36,180 bases of DNA, from contig JAZDPL010000032.1 in NCBI GenBank assembly GCA_043797665.1, forward strand, positions 1 through 36,180. The letters run 5' to 3'. The translations under genes and the position numbers were made by a program. Positions 10,201 to 18,033 of the stretch are shown here, in pieces. The notes under the pieces were generated by a model. That model did no database searches. It had not been told where the DNA came from and saw only the letters and a list, made by a program, of their open reading frames with translations. Origin of the DNA: Candidatus Omnitrophota bacterium. Its GTDB lineage: Bacteria; Ratteibacteria; UBA8468; MWAK01. The stretch's first letter is position 1; every line of letters starts with the position of its first letter.

Positions 10201-10445
10201 TCAACCGTCCTGATTTTCCGATGACCTGGGGGAAAACATTAGGAATTCCCAAACCACTGAATGATGTCAGTGTAAGCGTTAAGAATCAGGAAAAAAAGAA
10301 ACTTGCAGGGATTTGGGCAATTTCACCTAACGGCAGCCATGATCCACAACGTCTTGAAGTAAAAGAAGAGGATGGAAAAAGCGTAGTTATAATTCCTCGT
10401 CTTGATTACTGGATGATGTTAGTCTGCAAATTTGAAGAAGGATGA
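7266..10445 (+). CDS. Secreted modular glycoside hydrolase: signal peptide, beta-sandwich, F5/8 type C (CBM32/discoidin) domain, GH66-like catalytic region
   Basis: GAGGAGG RBS then MKRK-hydrophobic-VRA signal peptide. Discoidin motifs LIDGDVKTYW and SLDGIKW. GH66-like DKILYAPGE, WVKACKDNGIRILTY, GWEGCFFD, VHLIN, PRLDYWMML. Confidence 0.7.
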   Translation: MKRKCLWLGSVGLFLVVGLLALSVPQVRAEEVLIKENFENISLDSLPAGWGIAVSGGAKISVIKKEGENQGKCLKFQNATDANQSSEPDLEIAVPMKGTVRLSFDILPEDANSPFTVAPRMDWTPDRPNGFAGPYLVIGKEGRISAKCANNWVDFGEMPAGKWVHVEMVMRMKGYGDVSWDLSIKVPSTTSEGQVRTYKGLAYLVLEQAPEMLNRLVFHGTNQNSAATYFDNLTLEIIEIPAAAKPQATKTENDDRLLTEKRDSPAVPSASGETANLCLRIPKPEITVNSFIAGFGESNHATVAKRLIDGDVKTYWLSGSRKTAITVKFPNPVTVSQSYWFHANIPTGILDERGFKDYTIETSLDGIKWQEVVSVRDYKGGKRYDTFTSHTAKYVKLNILQCQGFLLPCLCEWELYETPKVYPAGEDKPAVSFNVPLIAKTLSAGVSSDKILYAPGESPKFTIVINNNRRKDAQLHIILLLRRGVEEPTVIKEWNTFLRNGSSKSLNYICHNIRDEYGYLLRAIIKEDGVEIAQSDCVFEMADNWAKIARYNGDSGEEKLVSDFPQEEIDRVHIPLWRKLHLNCIEMFGQHVFFNQHFTDNDEWNSPYPNHFNRRVSAKTTQMWVKACKDNGIRILTYSESGALSPELKFDLIHPEWIVYGPLKFPDATKYLYTMWMYFPDMAGTFPAGKPVVAPDLHYNDVGDMRAMTGYLAKDFAQATKRFGWEGCFFDSLPWAFEDSAFGCDKNGKPLNVLSPDEIGAQFLSQLKKEIYKDTGVKFVPVANFGLPEGLSPWREVNPDLQDFRKSRAIYRKTASEMGIFCVEQQSFPTWKDPSGQYIYPQTIEETVRALRLIREANDVNVPVMLLPLRYVTGLSQTPVDANFLYSSAAASGVLLFMGRVTLPRRVLELSMSEDPAMEVEANYNRFASRYGEYLFDLNIRWLPKEEVECFVPENVWWKDLVSCRKYGDGRFDIYVHLINRPDFPMTWGKTLGIPKPLNDVSVSVKNQEKKKLAGIWAISPNGSHDPQRLEVKEEDGKSVVIIPRLDYWMMLVCKFEEG

Positions 10446-10464
10446 AAAAGAAAAGTCACGCCGA

Positions 10465-11160
10465 ATGGTAAAAGCGTTATTTATCGGTTCCCACTGTGAT
10501 GACTGCGAATGGATGGCTGGCGGAACAACAGTTTTGTTGCGGAAAGCCAAGGTCCAAGTCCACTACCTTTACATATTTGGTCGGCACCGCCAGGCAAGAA
10601 AGCAAACATCTTATATTGAAGCCGGTAAAAGAGCATCTGGAATTTTATCGGTAGAACTTCATCTTTTAGATTTTCATCCTCAACAAATAAAGGGTTCCCC
10701 GGTCAAAATCAGTTCTGTTATCTTTGAAAAGATGCAGGAAATTAAACCCCAGATGGTCTTTATTCAACCACCCCGGGATTATATGGTAGACCATCTGGTG
10801 GTCGCAAAAGCATCCTGCCACGCCACCTCAAAATATTTGAGAAACAATATGGGGGAAGTCTATGCTATGGAGTCTCCTGCTTGTCCTTTTCCTTTTGTTG
10901 ATATTATTGTTGACATAGGCGGCGAATTTGAAAGAGTCAGGAAAGCCCTGATGAACTATTGTTTGATAGACGTAGCTTTTGGCAAAGGACTTGTTAAGAC
11001 CAAAAAGGGCCTGGCTCTTTTGCGAGGCGAACAGCGAGATAGGGTACAATACGGAGAAGCCTTCAAGCTTGTTAAAAATGGCCCACTTTTTAAAAAATTA
11101 TTAAAAGAAAAGCTTAAATTTACCTCCAGCCCTCTGGAAAAAGAAGAAGCCGTATACTGA
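10465..11160 (+). CDS. PIG-L/LmbE family deacetylase
   Basis: GSHCDDCE..AGGT and DYMVDH metal-site motifs, C-terminal YGEAF. Start may be 10432 (TTG) or 10465 (ATG). Confidence 0.82.
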   Translation: MVKALFIGSHCDDCEWMAGGTTVLLRKAKVQVHYLYIFGRHRQARKQTSYIEAGKRASGILSVELHLLDFHPQQIKGSPVKISSVIFEKMQEIKPQMVFIQPPRDYMVDHLVVAKASCHATSKYLRNNMGEVYAMESPACPFPFVDIIVDIGGEFERVRKALMNYCLIDVAFGKGLVKTKKGLALLRGEQRDRVQYGEAFKLVKNGPLFKKLLKEKLKFTSSPLEKEEAVY

Positions 11161-11166
11161 AGATGA

Positions 11167-11362
11167 GTAAATTACCCCGTGCTTCCGCATGGGGCATTGG
11201 AACATTAAAAATGTTTGTATTCAACATTCAAGGTAGGGGCTTGATTTATCAAGCCCGCGGGTCGGATAAATCCGACCCCTACAATTTTGATTGCAAAACA
11301 ACTCCAAAAGGAAACCCTTTCCTCCCCGTGCTGCCGCACGGGGTATCCAGGGTTTATTTTTC
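11167..11362. mobile_element. Putative non-autonomous IS200/IS605-derived mini-element (no ORF) with a nested REP doublet
   Basis: Two related subterminal hairpins in the same orientation: gtaaattaCCCCGTGC-ttcc-GCATGGGG (hairpin 11175-11194) and ttcctCCCCGTGC-tgcc-GCACGGGGtatcc (hairpin 11324-11343). ATGA flanks both sides. Confidence 0.6.
11233..11282 (+). repeat. GTAG-type REP doublet, copy 1 (50 bp)
   Basis: gtaggggcttgatttatcaagcccgcgggtcggataaatccgacccctac; exact reverse complement of 15865-15914. Confidence 0.92.
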
Positions 11363-12403
11363 ATGAAGGCTGCGGTTTTCTTGGGTCCGGGGCAGATGGA
11401 GGTTAAGGAAATTCCAACATCCCGTGCCGAAAAAGGAGAGATAGTAATTCAGGTTAAAGCCTGTGCCATCTGCGGAACAGACCTGCGTACTTTTCGTTTT
11501 GGACATAAGAAGGTCAAACCGCCTCAGGTAATCGGCCACGAAATCGCCGGAGTAATTTCCGAGAAGGACAAAGATATTACGGGCTGGGAAATCGGAGACC
11601 GGCTAACCGTTGTCACGTCGGTCGGCTGCGGCACCTGCCGGCTCTGCCGACAGGGTCGGAATAACATCTGCGCCAAAACCGAAGCGTTAGGCTATTATTA
11701 CGCCGGCGGTTTTGCCGAATATATCAAGATTCCTGCGGAAAGTATCGTTCAAAACAGCCTTATCCGCCTGCCGGATTCGGTCAGTTTTGACGAAGCCGCA
11801 GTTGTGGAACCGCTCTCCTGCTGCATTAACGCCCAGAATTTCCTTAATATCCGGAAAGGGGATAGTCTGGTGCTCTTTGGTGCCGGACCGATCGGTCTGA
11901 TGCACATAGAATTAGCCCAGGCTCTCGGCGCCACAAAAACCATTATGATTGATATTAATACGGAAAGACTGACCAGCTCTGCGAAACTGGTCCGGATAGA
12001 CCATTTAGTGAACTCTTCCGAAAAAGACCCGGTGGCTGAAGTTATGCGCCTTACGGAAGGGGAGGGCGCCGACGTGATAATTACCGCCAACCCGGCCAAA
12101 ATTACGCACGAACAGGCCCTCAGTATGGCAGCCATCCGGGGCAGAATCAGCCTCTTTGGCGGATTGCCCAAAGATGATTCGGTCATCAGGTTTGATTCCA
12201 ATATCGTCCACTACCGGGAGCTTTCGGTCTTCGGCGCCTTCGCCTCTGCCCGACCGGAATACGAAAATGCGCTAAACCTGATTCAGACCGGAAAGATTGA
12301 CGCCAAAAAGTTCATCAGCCATTGTTTTCCTTTAGACAGGATTACTGAGGGGTTCAAACTGGTCCAGGAAGGTAAAGCGATAAAAGTGGTCATCAACCCC
12401 TGA
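11363..12403 (+). CDS. Zinc-dependent medium-chain alcohol/sugar-alcohol dehydrogenase
   Basis: MKAAVF start, CGTD, GHE, structural Zn site CxxCxxC-x7-C, GAGPIG. Confidence 0.92.
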   Translation: MKAAVFLGPGQMEVKEIPTSRAEKGEIVIQVKACAICGTDLRTFRFGHKKVKPPQVIGHEIAGVISEKDKDITGWEIGDRLTVVTSVGCGTCRLCRQGRNNICAKTEALGYYYAGGFAEYIKIPAESIVQNSLIRLPDSVSFDEAAVVEPLSCCINAQNFLNIRKGDSLVLFGAGPIGLMHIELAQALGATKTIMIDINTERLTSSAKLVRIDHLVNSSEKDPVAEVMRLTEGEGADVIITANPAKITHEQALSMAAIRGRISLFGGLPKDDSVIRFDSNIVHYRELSVFGAFASARPEYENALNLIQTGKIDAKKFISHCFPLDRITEGFKLVQEGKAIKVVINP

Positions 12404-12560
12404 TAGGTACATTCAGGGGCAAACCCTGCCAAAACCGCCTAAAACAGCCTTTTACCCCCTGATCCAGGGGTGTAACACCATCAGGCAAAGGGAAATTCCA
12501 CCCCTATAACGAATTTTACCCCTATTAAGGTCATTTTTACTACACACACCATAAATAATG

Positions 12561-12648
12561 TGTCATTCCCGTGTGCATTAAACGGGAATCTACATCCTTG
12601 ATTAAGTCTGTAAGACTGGATTCCCACTTACTATCCGTGAGAATGACA
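12561..12648. repeat. TGTC/GTCATTCC-type REP doublet, copy A
   Basis: tgtcattcccg...cgggaatc, spacer, ggattcccac-ttactatcc-gtgagaatgaca; terminal IR tgtcattc/gaatgaca. Confidence 0.8.
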
Positions 12649-12658
12649 GAATAAGACA

Positions 12659-12686
12659 ATGTCGGATAATATATCTTATGTTAACT
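12659..12686 (+). other. dif site (XerC/XerD chromosome dimer resolution site)
   Basis: ATGTCGGATAA-TATATC-TTATGTTAACT matches the 11-6-11 dif layout (E. coli GGTGCGCATAA-TGTATA-TTATGTTAAAT; XerD arm 10/11). It lies in the long gap between convergent gene blocks. Confidence 0.88.
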
Positions 12687-12907
12687 TCGCTGAGTAGGAA
12701 TCCGGGGGAACACAGGCATGAAAAAAGAAAATTTCGGGGGAAAACCGGGGTGAGAATCAATTAATGCGATTACTTAATTTAGATTGATATCTTGTTGATT
12801 TACAGTAAAAACTTGATGTATTTAACAAAAACCAAAACAACTATTTGAATTCGATTTCCAAACTGCTTTTTCCATTTCCGGAAGGCAAATATTCAGTAAA
12901 GTACGTG

Positions 12908-12931
12908 CTCTTTCCAATCATATGGAAAGAG
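12908..12931. terminator. 9-bp hairpin, possible terminator in the convergent gap
   Basis: ctctttcca-atcata-tggaaagag; no clear U-tract. Confidence 0.3.
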
Positions 12932-12935
12932 AACC

Positions 12936-12998
12936 CGTATTCCCGCATGCCTTTAGCGGGAATCCATAGATTCCTGCTTACTATCCGCAGGAATGACA
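12936..12998. repeat. TGTC/GTCATTCC-type REP doublet, copy B
   Basis: attcccgc...gcgggaatcc then agattcctgc-ttactatcc-gcaggaatgaca; shares loop cttactatccg and end gaatgacag with copy A. Confidence 0.8.
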
Positions 12999-13115
12999 GG
13001 GAGAGAACGGAATTCACTGAACACTTAAAGATTTGCCCTGCATAAATATATTACCTTGATTTACAATAAGATAAATAATACGCTTTAGAGTAGTTTATAG
13101 GTATGAAAACCCTAA

Positions 13116-15836
13116 TTACCGTTTCTTTTCTTCTATGGCAGCCTGGGCCGCAGCCAGAATAGCGATCGGTATCCGGTATGGAGAACAACTGACGTAGTTC
13201 ATTCCTACCCGGTGACAAAACTTGACCGACTCCGGTTCCCCGCCGTGTTCACCGCAAATACCGACCTTCAGCGCTGGTCTGGCTGCCCTCCCCTTCTTTA
13301 TCCCGATCTCTATCAATTGGCCAAGGCCTTCCTGGTCAAGTACCTGGAACGGGTCCTCTTTGATGAGACTCTTTTCTATGTATGCCGGTACAAAACCGCC
13401 GATATCGTCTCTGGAGAAGCCAAAACCCATCTGGGTAAGGTCATTGGTCCCGAAAGAGAAAAATTCGGCCTCAGAAGCGATTTTGTCCGCAACCAGGGAT
13501 GCCCGGGGAATTTCAATCATCGTTCCGTACAGGTAATTAATCTTCTTTACCTTGTATTTCGCACAGACTTCCCGGTAGACCCGGTCTACTATCTTCTTCT
13601 GGTCCGCAAGTTCGGTAGCCAGGCCAACGACCGGAACCATAATCTCCGGCAGTACCTTTTTGCCTTCATGCATCAATTCGGCCGAGGCTTCAAATATTGC
13701 CCGCACCTGCATTTCAGTGACCTCAGGATAGGTGACCCCCAACCTGACTCCCCGGTGACCCATCATCGGGTTGGTCTCGTGTAATTTCGAAGCCCGTCGT
13801 CTGAATTCGTCCATCGATATTCCTAAACTTTCGGCTAACCTGACCTGTTCGTCTTCCTGTTGGGGTACAAATTCGTGCAGCGGGGGGTCCAGCAGCCTGA
13901 CGGTGACCGGAAGTCCGTTCATCACTTCCAGGGTAGCCTTGATGTCGCGCTTTACGTAAGGCAACAGTTCGTCCAGCGCCACCCTTCTCTCCTCTTCCGT
14001 ATTGGAAATTATCATCTTCCGCAGCCGGAACAAAGGTTCCTCTGCCCCTTTGCCGTAAAACATGTGTTCCGTCCGGAAAAGACCGATTCCCCGGGCACCG
14101 AAAGAGAGCGCATTCCGGGCGTCCTCCGGCGTATCCGCATTTGCCCGAATCCCTAACCGGCGCAAAGAATTGGCAACCGTCATAAACCTGGCAAATCCGG
14201 GATTTTCCGTGGCATCGACCATTGGTAACTGCCCGGGATAGACGTACCCTCTGGTACCATTAAGAGTAAACCAGTCTCCTTCTTTAAACTCTTTCCCGTC
14301 TACGCTTAAACTTTTTTGGTGCGGGTTAACATGAAGCGCACCACAACCGACGATACAGCATTTGCCCCACCCCCGGGCAACCAGCGCCGCGTGGCTGGTC
14401 ATACCGCCCCGGGCGGTTAAAATTCCTTCGGCTGCCCTCATTCCTTCTACGTCCTCGGGGTTTGTTTCCTCACGAACCAGAAGCACCTTTTTACCCTGTT
14501 TGACCCAGTTTACCGCATCAATAGCCGTAAAAACGATTTGCCCCACCGCACCCCCCGGACCGGCCGGAAGCCCTTTGATTAAAGGCTTGATTTTCAATTC
14601 TGCCTGCGGGTCCACAATCGGGTGAAGTAGTTCGTCAAGCTGTGCCGGCGTCAGACGCATCACCGCATCCTCTTTTTTAATCAGCCTTTCCTTCAACATA
14701 TCCAGAGCCATGTTAAGTGCCGCGGTGCCGGTTCTCTTACCCACCCGGCACTGGAGCATCCAGAGACGTCCTTCCTGAATCGTAAATTCTATGTCCTGCA
14801 TGTCCCGGAAATGCTTTTCTAATTTTGCGCGGATTCCGGCTAAATCCCGGTAAACCACGGGCATCGTTTTTTCCAGGGACAAAAGATGCTTGTTCTGCTC
14901 ACCCTTGGTGTCCTCGTTTAAAGGGTTGGGAGTCCTGGTGCCGGCAACTACGTCTTCACCCTGGGCGTTGGACAGCCACTCGCCGTAAAACTTATTTTCT
15001 CCGGTGGCCGGATTCCGGGTAAAAGCCACGCCGGTCGCGGAAGTATCACCCAAATTGCCGAAGACCATCGTCTGAACGTTGACCGCGGTTCCCCAGTCAT
15101 CCGGAATGCCTTCAATCCGGCGGTAGGAAACCGCCCTCTTTCCATTCCAGGATAAAAACACCGCCTTAATCGCACCCAGAATCTGCTCTTCGGGCTTGTC
15201 AGGAAAATCCTTGCCCAGAACCTCCTTTATCTTTTTCTTAAACGTGTCGCATAAAGACTTCAGGTCATCCGCAGTCAGGTCGGTATCCGACCGGTATCCC
15301 TGGCTCTTTTTTAATTCACTCATAATCCCGTCCAGACGTACCCGGATTCCCTTTCCTTCTGCCGGTTCAATACCGGCGGCCTTTTCCATTACCACGTCGG
15401 AGTACATCATAATCAGACGACGGTAGGCATCATATACAAATCTGGAATTATTGGTCTTTTTGACCAGTCCGGGAATAGTAGTGGAACAGAGACCCACGTT
15501 GAGAACGGTCTCCATCATCCCGGGCATTGACCTCCTGGCACCGGAACGTACGGAAACCAGAAGGGGATTCTCGAAATCCCCGAACTTACTACCCATAATC
15601 TTTTCTACCTTTGCCAGATTCTTTTTAACCTCTTTATCAAAGCCATCCGGCATCTTCGATTGGTGTTGGTGATAAAAATAGGTACAGACTTCCGTAGTAA
15701 TAGTAAAACCGGGAGGTACCGGAATACCTAATTTGACCATTTCAGCCAGACCGGCTCCTTTACCACCGAGTAACTCCTTCATCTTGCCGTTTCCATCCGC
15801 CGTGCCGGCGCCAAAAAAATAGACCATTTTCTTCAT
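13116..15836 (-). CDS. ppdK: Pyruvate, phosphate dikinase
   Basis: LLGGKGA, VSVRSGA, GEDVVAG, phospho-His motif GGMTSHAA, FSFGTNDLTQ, GICGEHGG. Confidence 0.98.
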   Translation of the reverse strand: MKKMVYFFGAGTADGNGKMKELLGGKGAGLAEMVKLGIPVPPGFTITTEVCTYFYHQHQSKMPDGFDKEVKKNLAKVEKIMGSKFGDFENPLLVSVRSGARRSMPGMMETVLNVGLCSTTIPGLVKKTNNSRFVYDAYRRLIMMYSDVVMEKAAGIEPAEGKGIRVRLDGIMSELKKSQGYRSDTDLTADDLKSLCDTFKKKIKEVLGKDFPDKPEEQILGAIKAVFLSWNGKRAVSYRRIEGIPDDWGTAVNVQTMVFGNLGDTSATGVAFTRNPATGENKFYGEWLSNAQGEDVVAGTRTPNPLNEDTKGEQNKHLLSLEKTMPVVYRDLAGIRAKLEKHFRDMQDIEFTIQEGRLWMLQCRVGKRTGTAALNMALDMLKERLIKKEDAVMRLTPAQLDELLHPIVDPQAELKIKPLIKGLPAGPGGAVGQIVFTAIDAVNWVKQGKKVLLVREETNPEDVEGMRAAEGILTARGGMTSHAALVARGWGKCCIVGCGALHVNPHQKSLSVDGKEFKEGDWFTLNGTRGYVYPGQLPMVDATENPGFARFMTVANSLRRLGIRANADTPEDARNALSFGARGIGLFRTEHMFYGKGAEEPLFRLRKMIISNTEEERRVALDELLPYVKRDIKATLEVMNGLPVTVRLLDPPLHEFVPQQEDEQVRLAESLGISMDEFRRRASKLHETNPMMGHRGVRLGVTYPEVTEMQVRAIFEASAELMHEGKKVLPEIMVPVVGLATELADQKKIVDRVYREVCAKYKVKKINYLYGTMIEIPRASLVADKIASEAEFFSFGTNDLTQMGFGFSRDDIGGFVPAYIEKSLIKEDPFQVLDQEGLGQLIEIGIKKGRAARPALKVGICGEHGGEPESVKFCHRVGMNYVSCSPYRIPIAILAAAQAAIEEKKR

Positions 15837-15864
15837 ACCTTTTCTCCCCCTAAAATAATTTAAC

Positions 15865-15914
15865 GTAGGGGTCGGATTTATCCGACCCGCGGGCTTGATA
15901 AATCAAGCCCCTAC
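15865..15914 (-). repeat. GTAG-type REP doublet, copy 2
   Basis: gtaggggtcggatttatccgacccgcgggcttgataaatcaagcccctac between ribF and ppdK. Confidence 0.92.
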
Positions 15915-15927
15915 AGTTTTACTGCGT

Positions 15928-16854
15928 TTATATTAGGTTGTTTAAATCTTCTTTAATCGCTTTTACCAGTTCGGATTCATTATTAAATTTCTTTTCGGAA
16001 CGGGTTTTCCGGATAAACTGGAGATGTAGCTTCTGACCATAGAGGTTTCCTTCAAAATCCGGGATATAGACCTCTAAAGAAGGTGCCGGGTCAGTAAGAG
16101 TCGAATTGAAAGTAGGATTTGTACCATAACTGACCAGTGACCGAAGAGGCTTTTTGATTGGCCCGGAAGATTCCGGGGTTCTTACCAGTGCCGAATACAC
16201 CCCGTATCCAATCAGGGGAACGGCATCTGTCCGGAGGTTGGCGGTGGGAAAACCTAACTGTTTCCCCCTCCCCTCCCCTTTTTCCACGGTTCCTCTTATT
16301 TCATAGGGTCTGCCTAACCCTGTATTTGCCTGTTCCACCCTGCCTTCCAGAAGAAATTTCCGGATGGAAGTACTACTGACGATTTCGCCTCCAATCTGAA
16401 CCGGTTCAATAACCTTAACCTTAAAACCCAGAAGGACTCCGCGAATTCTTAATAGTTCTGAATCTCCAGCCTGACCTTTTCCAAAACGAAAGTTAAATCC
16501 AACGACGACCTCTTTTGCCTTGAGTTTCCGGCTCAAAAAAATATCGATGAACCTTTCCGGCGTATAGTCAAAGATTCGTTCGTCGTCAATGATTATGGTA
16601 TAATCTACCTTCATTCGGGAAAGGATTTCGGTACGTTGTTCCGAAATGGTAATTAAACCGATCTCTTCCCCGCGAAGAACCTGCCGGGGATGTCCGCCGA
16701 AGGTAAGCAAAACGCTCTTCCCCTGAATACTGCGGGCATCGACGGTCACCACTTTTAAAATTGCCTGGTGTCCCAAATGGATACCGTCGAAAGCACCGAT
16801 GGTAACCACGGTATTCTGAAGTGCGGGAATGGTCTTCAACGAAATTGTTTCCAT
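15928..16854 (-). CDS. ribF: Bifunctional riboflavin kinase/FAD synthetase
   Basis: GAFDGIHLGHQ, VGFNFRFG, VSSTSIR, GRGKQLGFPTAN, GTNPTF. Confidence 0.97.
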   Translation of the reverse strand: METISLKTIPALQNTVVTIGAFDGIHLGHQAILKVVTVDARSIQGKSVLLTFGGHPRQVLRGEEIGLITISEQRTEILSRMKVDYTIIIDDERIFDYTPERFIDIFLSRKLKAKEVVVGFNFRFGKGQAGDSELLRIRGVLLGFKVKVIEPVQIGGEIVSSTSIRKFLLEGRVEQANTGLGRPYEIRGTVEKGEGRGKQLGFPTANLRTDAVPLIGYGVYSALVRTPESSGPIKKPLRSLVSYGTNPTFNSTLTDPAPSLEVYIPDFEGNLYGQKLHLQFIRKTRSEKKFNNESELVKAIKEDLNNLI

Positions 16855-16868
16855 ATAAATTCACCCTG

Positions 16869-17987
16869 TCAGAATGACATCCGGTAAATCTCATGAAAAT
16901 CGGATTCCGTCAGGGTAACCCCTAAATTTTCCATGGAACGCTGACAACCAACCAGAGCTTCCTTTGCAAATTGAGACAGTTCCGTTTCTTTTACCCCTAC
17001 TTCTTTTAAGGATATTGGTAGACCAACCCTCCGGCAGAAATTCCTCCAGGCAGAGGCCGGTTCGTCCCAGCCGGTTACTTCTTCAATCCGTTCTCCGTAT
17101 CCTTTCTCCCTTAAAAAGTCAAAAATAGCCGGTAAAACCAGACTGCCGGCTGCTCCGTGCTGAACCCGGTAATTTATCGTAAGCGGATAACCCATTCCGT
17201 GTCCGATAATCGTTCCGGTCTGATTGATTACCATACCGGCCATCATCGCCGCCAGACTCATTTTTTCGCGACATTCCATATCATTCAGAGTGTTAACGGC
17301 CAGAGGTAAAATTTTTGTAATAATTTGGACCGCTTCTTTCGCTATCGCCAGAGTAAGCGTTGTAATCTTTTTCGTCAGCGCTCCTTCTACCGCATGACTC
17401 AGGGCATCCAGTCCGGTGGACGCGGTCAAAAAACCGGAGAGGGAAAGGGTAAGCGAAGGCTGTATCAAAGCCAGCCGGGGAATAATCCCGGCGGAACTGA
17501 CGGTCTTTTTGGTCTTTGCTTTCGGGTCAATAATAACCGCATACCGGGTAACCTCGCTTCCGCTTCCCGCGGTGGTAGGAATGGCGATTATCGGTAACGG
17601 AGCACAAAGTACCTTGTCTGTTCCGAAGTAATCCCCTACTCCGCCGGGGTTGGTAGTTAGAATGGCAATGCCTTTGGCGGTATCTAAAGCGCTCCCACCG
17701 CCTGCACCGATGACAAACCCGCAATTCTCCCGGGAACAAACTTCGGCGCCGGCCGCCACTGTTTCCGTCGTAGGGTCCTCTCTTGCTTCCGAAAAAGTCA
17801 CCACGTCAACTTTGGCTTCAGTTAGTAAAGACGCTATTCTATCTCTAAGTCCGCTCTTTTCGGCAAACCTTTTTCCGGTAACCAGCAAGGCTTTCTTCCC
17901 GAATGCCGATGCCTTTGTCTTTAGATTATTGATTGCCTCGCTGCCAAAAAAAACCTCGGAGGGCAGGTACCAGTAAAAATCGGACAT
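16869..17987 (-). CDS. Iron-containing alcohol dehydrogenase
   Basis: GGGSALDTAK, IPTTAGSGSE, DALSHAVE and H-x13-H iron ligands. Confidence 0.93.
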   Translation of the reverse strand: MSDFYWYLPSEVFFGSEAINNLKTKASAFGKKALLVTGKRFAEKSGLRDRIASLLTEAKVDVVTFSEAREDPTTETVAAGAEVCSRENCGFVIGAGGGSALDTAKGIAILTTNPGGVGDYFGTDKVLCAPLPIIAIPTTAGSGSEVTRYAVIIDPKAKTKKTVSSAGIIPRLALIQPSLTLSLSGFLTASTGLDALSHAVEGALTKKITTLTLAIAKEAVQIITKILPLAVNTLNDMECREKMSLAAMMAGMVINQTGTIIGHGMGYPLTINYRVQHGAAGSLVLPAIFDFLREKGYGERIEEVTGWDEPASAWRNFCRRVGLPISLKEVGVKETELSQFAKEALVGCQRSMENLGVTLTESDFHEIYRMSF

Positions 17988-18000
17988 AATAATAGTATGT

Positions 18001-18020
18001 TTTAATACAAACGTATTAAA
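18001..18020. promoter_or_regulatory. Perfect 8-4-8 palindrome upstream of the Fe-ADH gene, candidate operator
   Basis: tttaatac-aaac-gtattaaa, 13 bp upstream of the start codon and next to a CATACT -10-like hexamer on the - strand. Confidence 0.4.
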
Positions 18021-18033
18021 TATTTTATTTAAC

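Noticed and set aside
11163..11366. 67-aa ORF, and the 11291 upstream start of the dehydrogenase
   Set aside because: Both read through palindromic element DNA. The family-typical start MKAAVF is at 11363.
12845..13045. 66-aa ORF near dif
   Set aside because: TTG start, no RBS, and it runs across a REP doublet.
13212..13784. 190-aa and other + strand ORFs within ppdK
   Set aside because: Antisense shadows of a highly conserved gene.
16869..16880. tcagaatgacat matching the REP end at 19741
   Set aside because: It is the last codons of the Fe-ADH gene (M-S-F-stop). A 12-bp match without a partner arm is insufficient.
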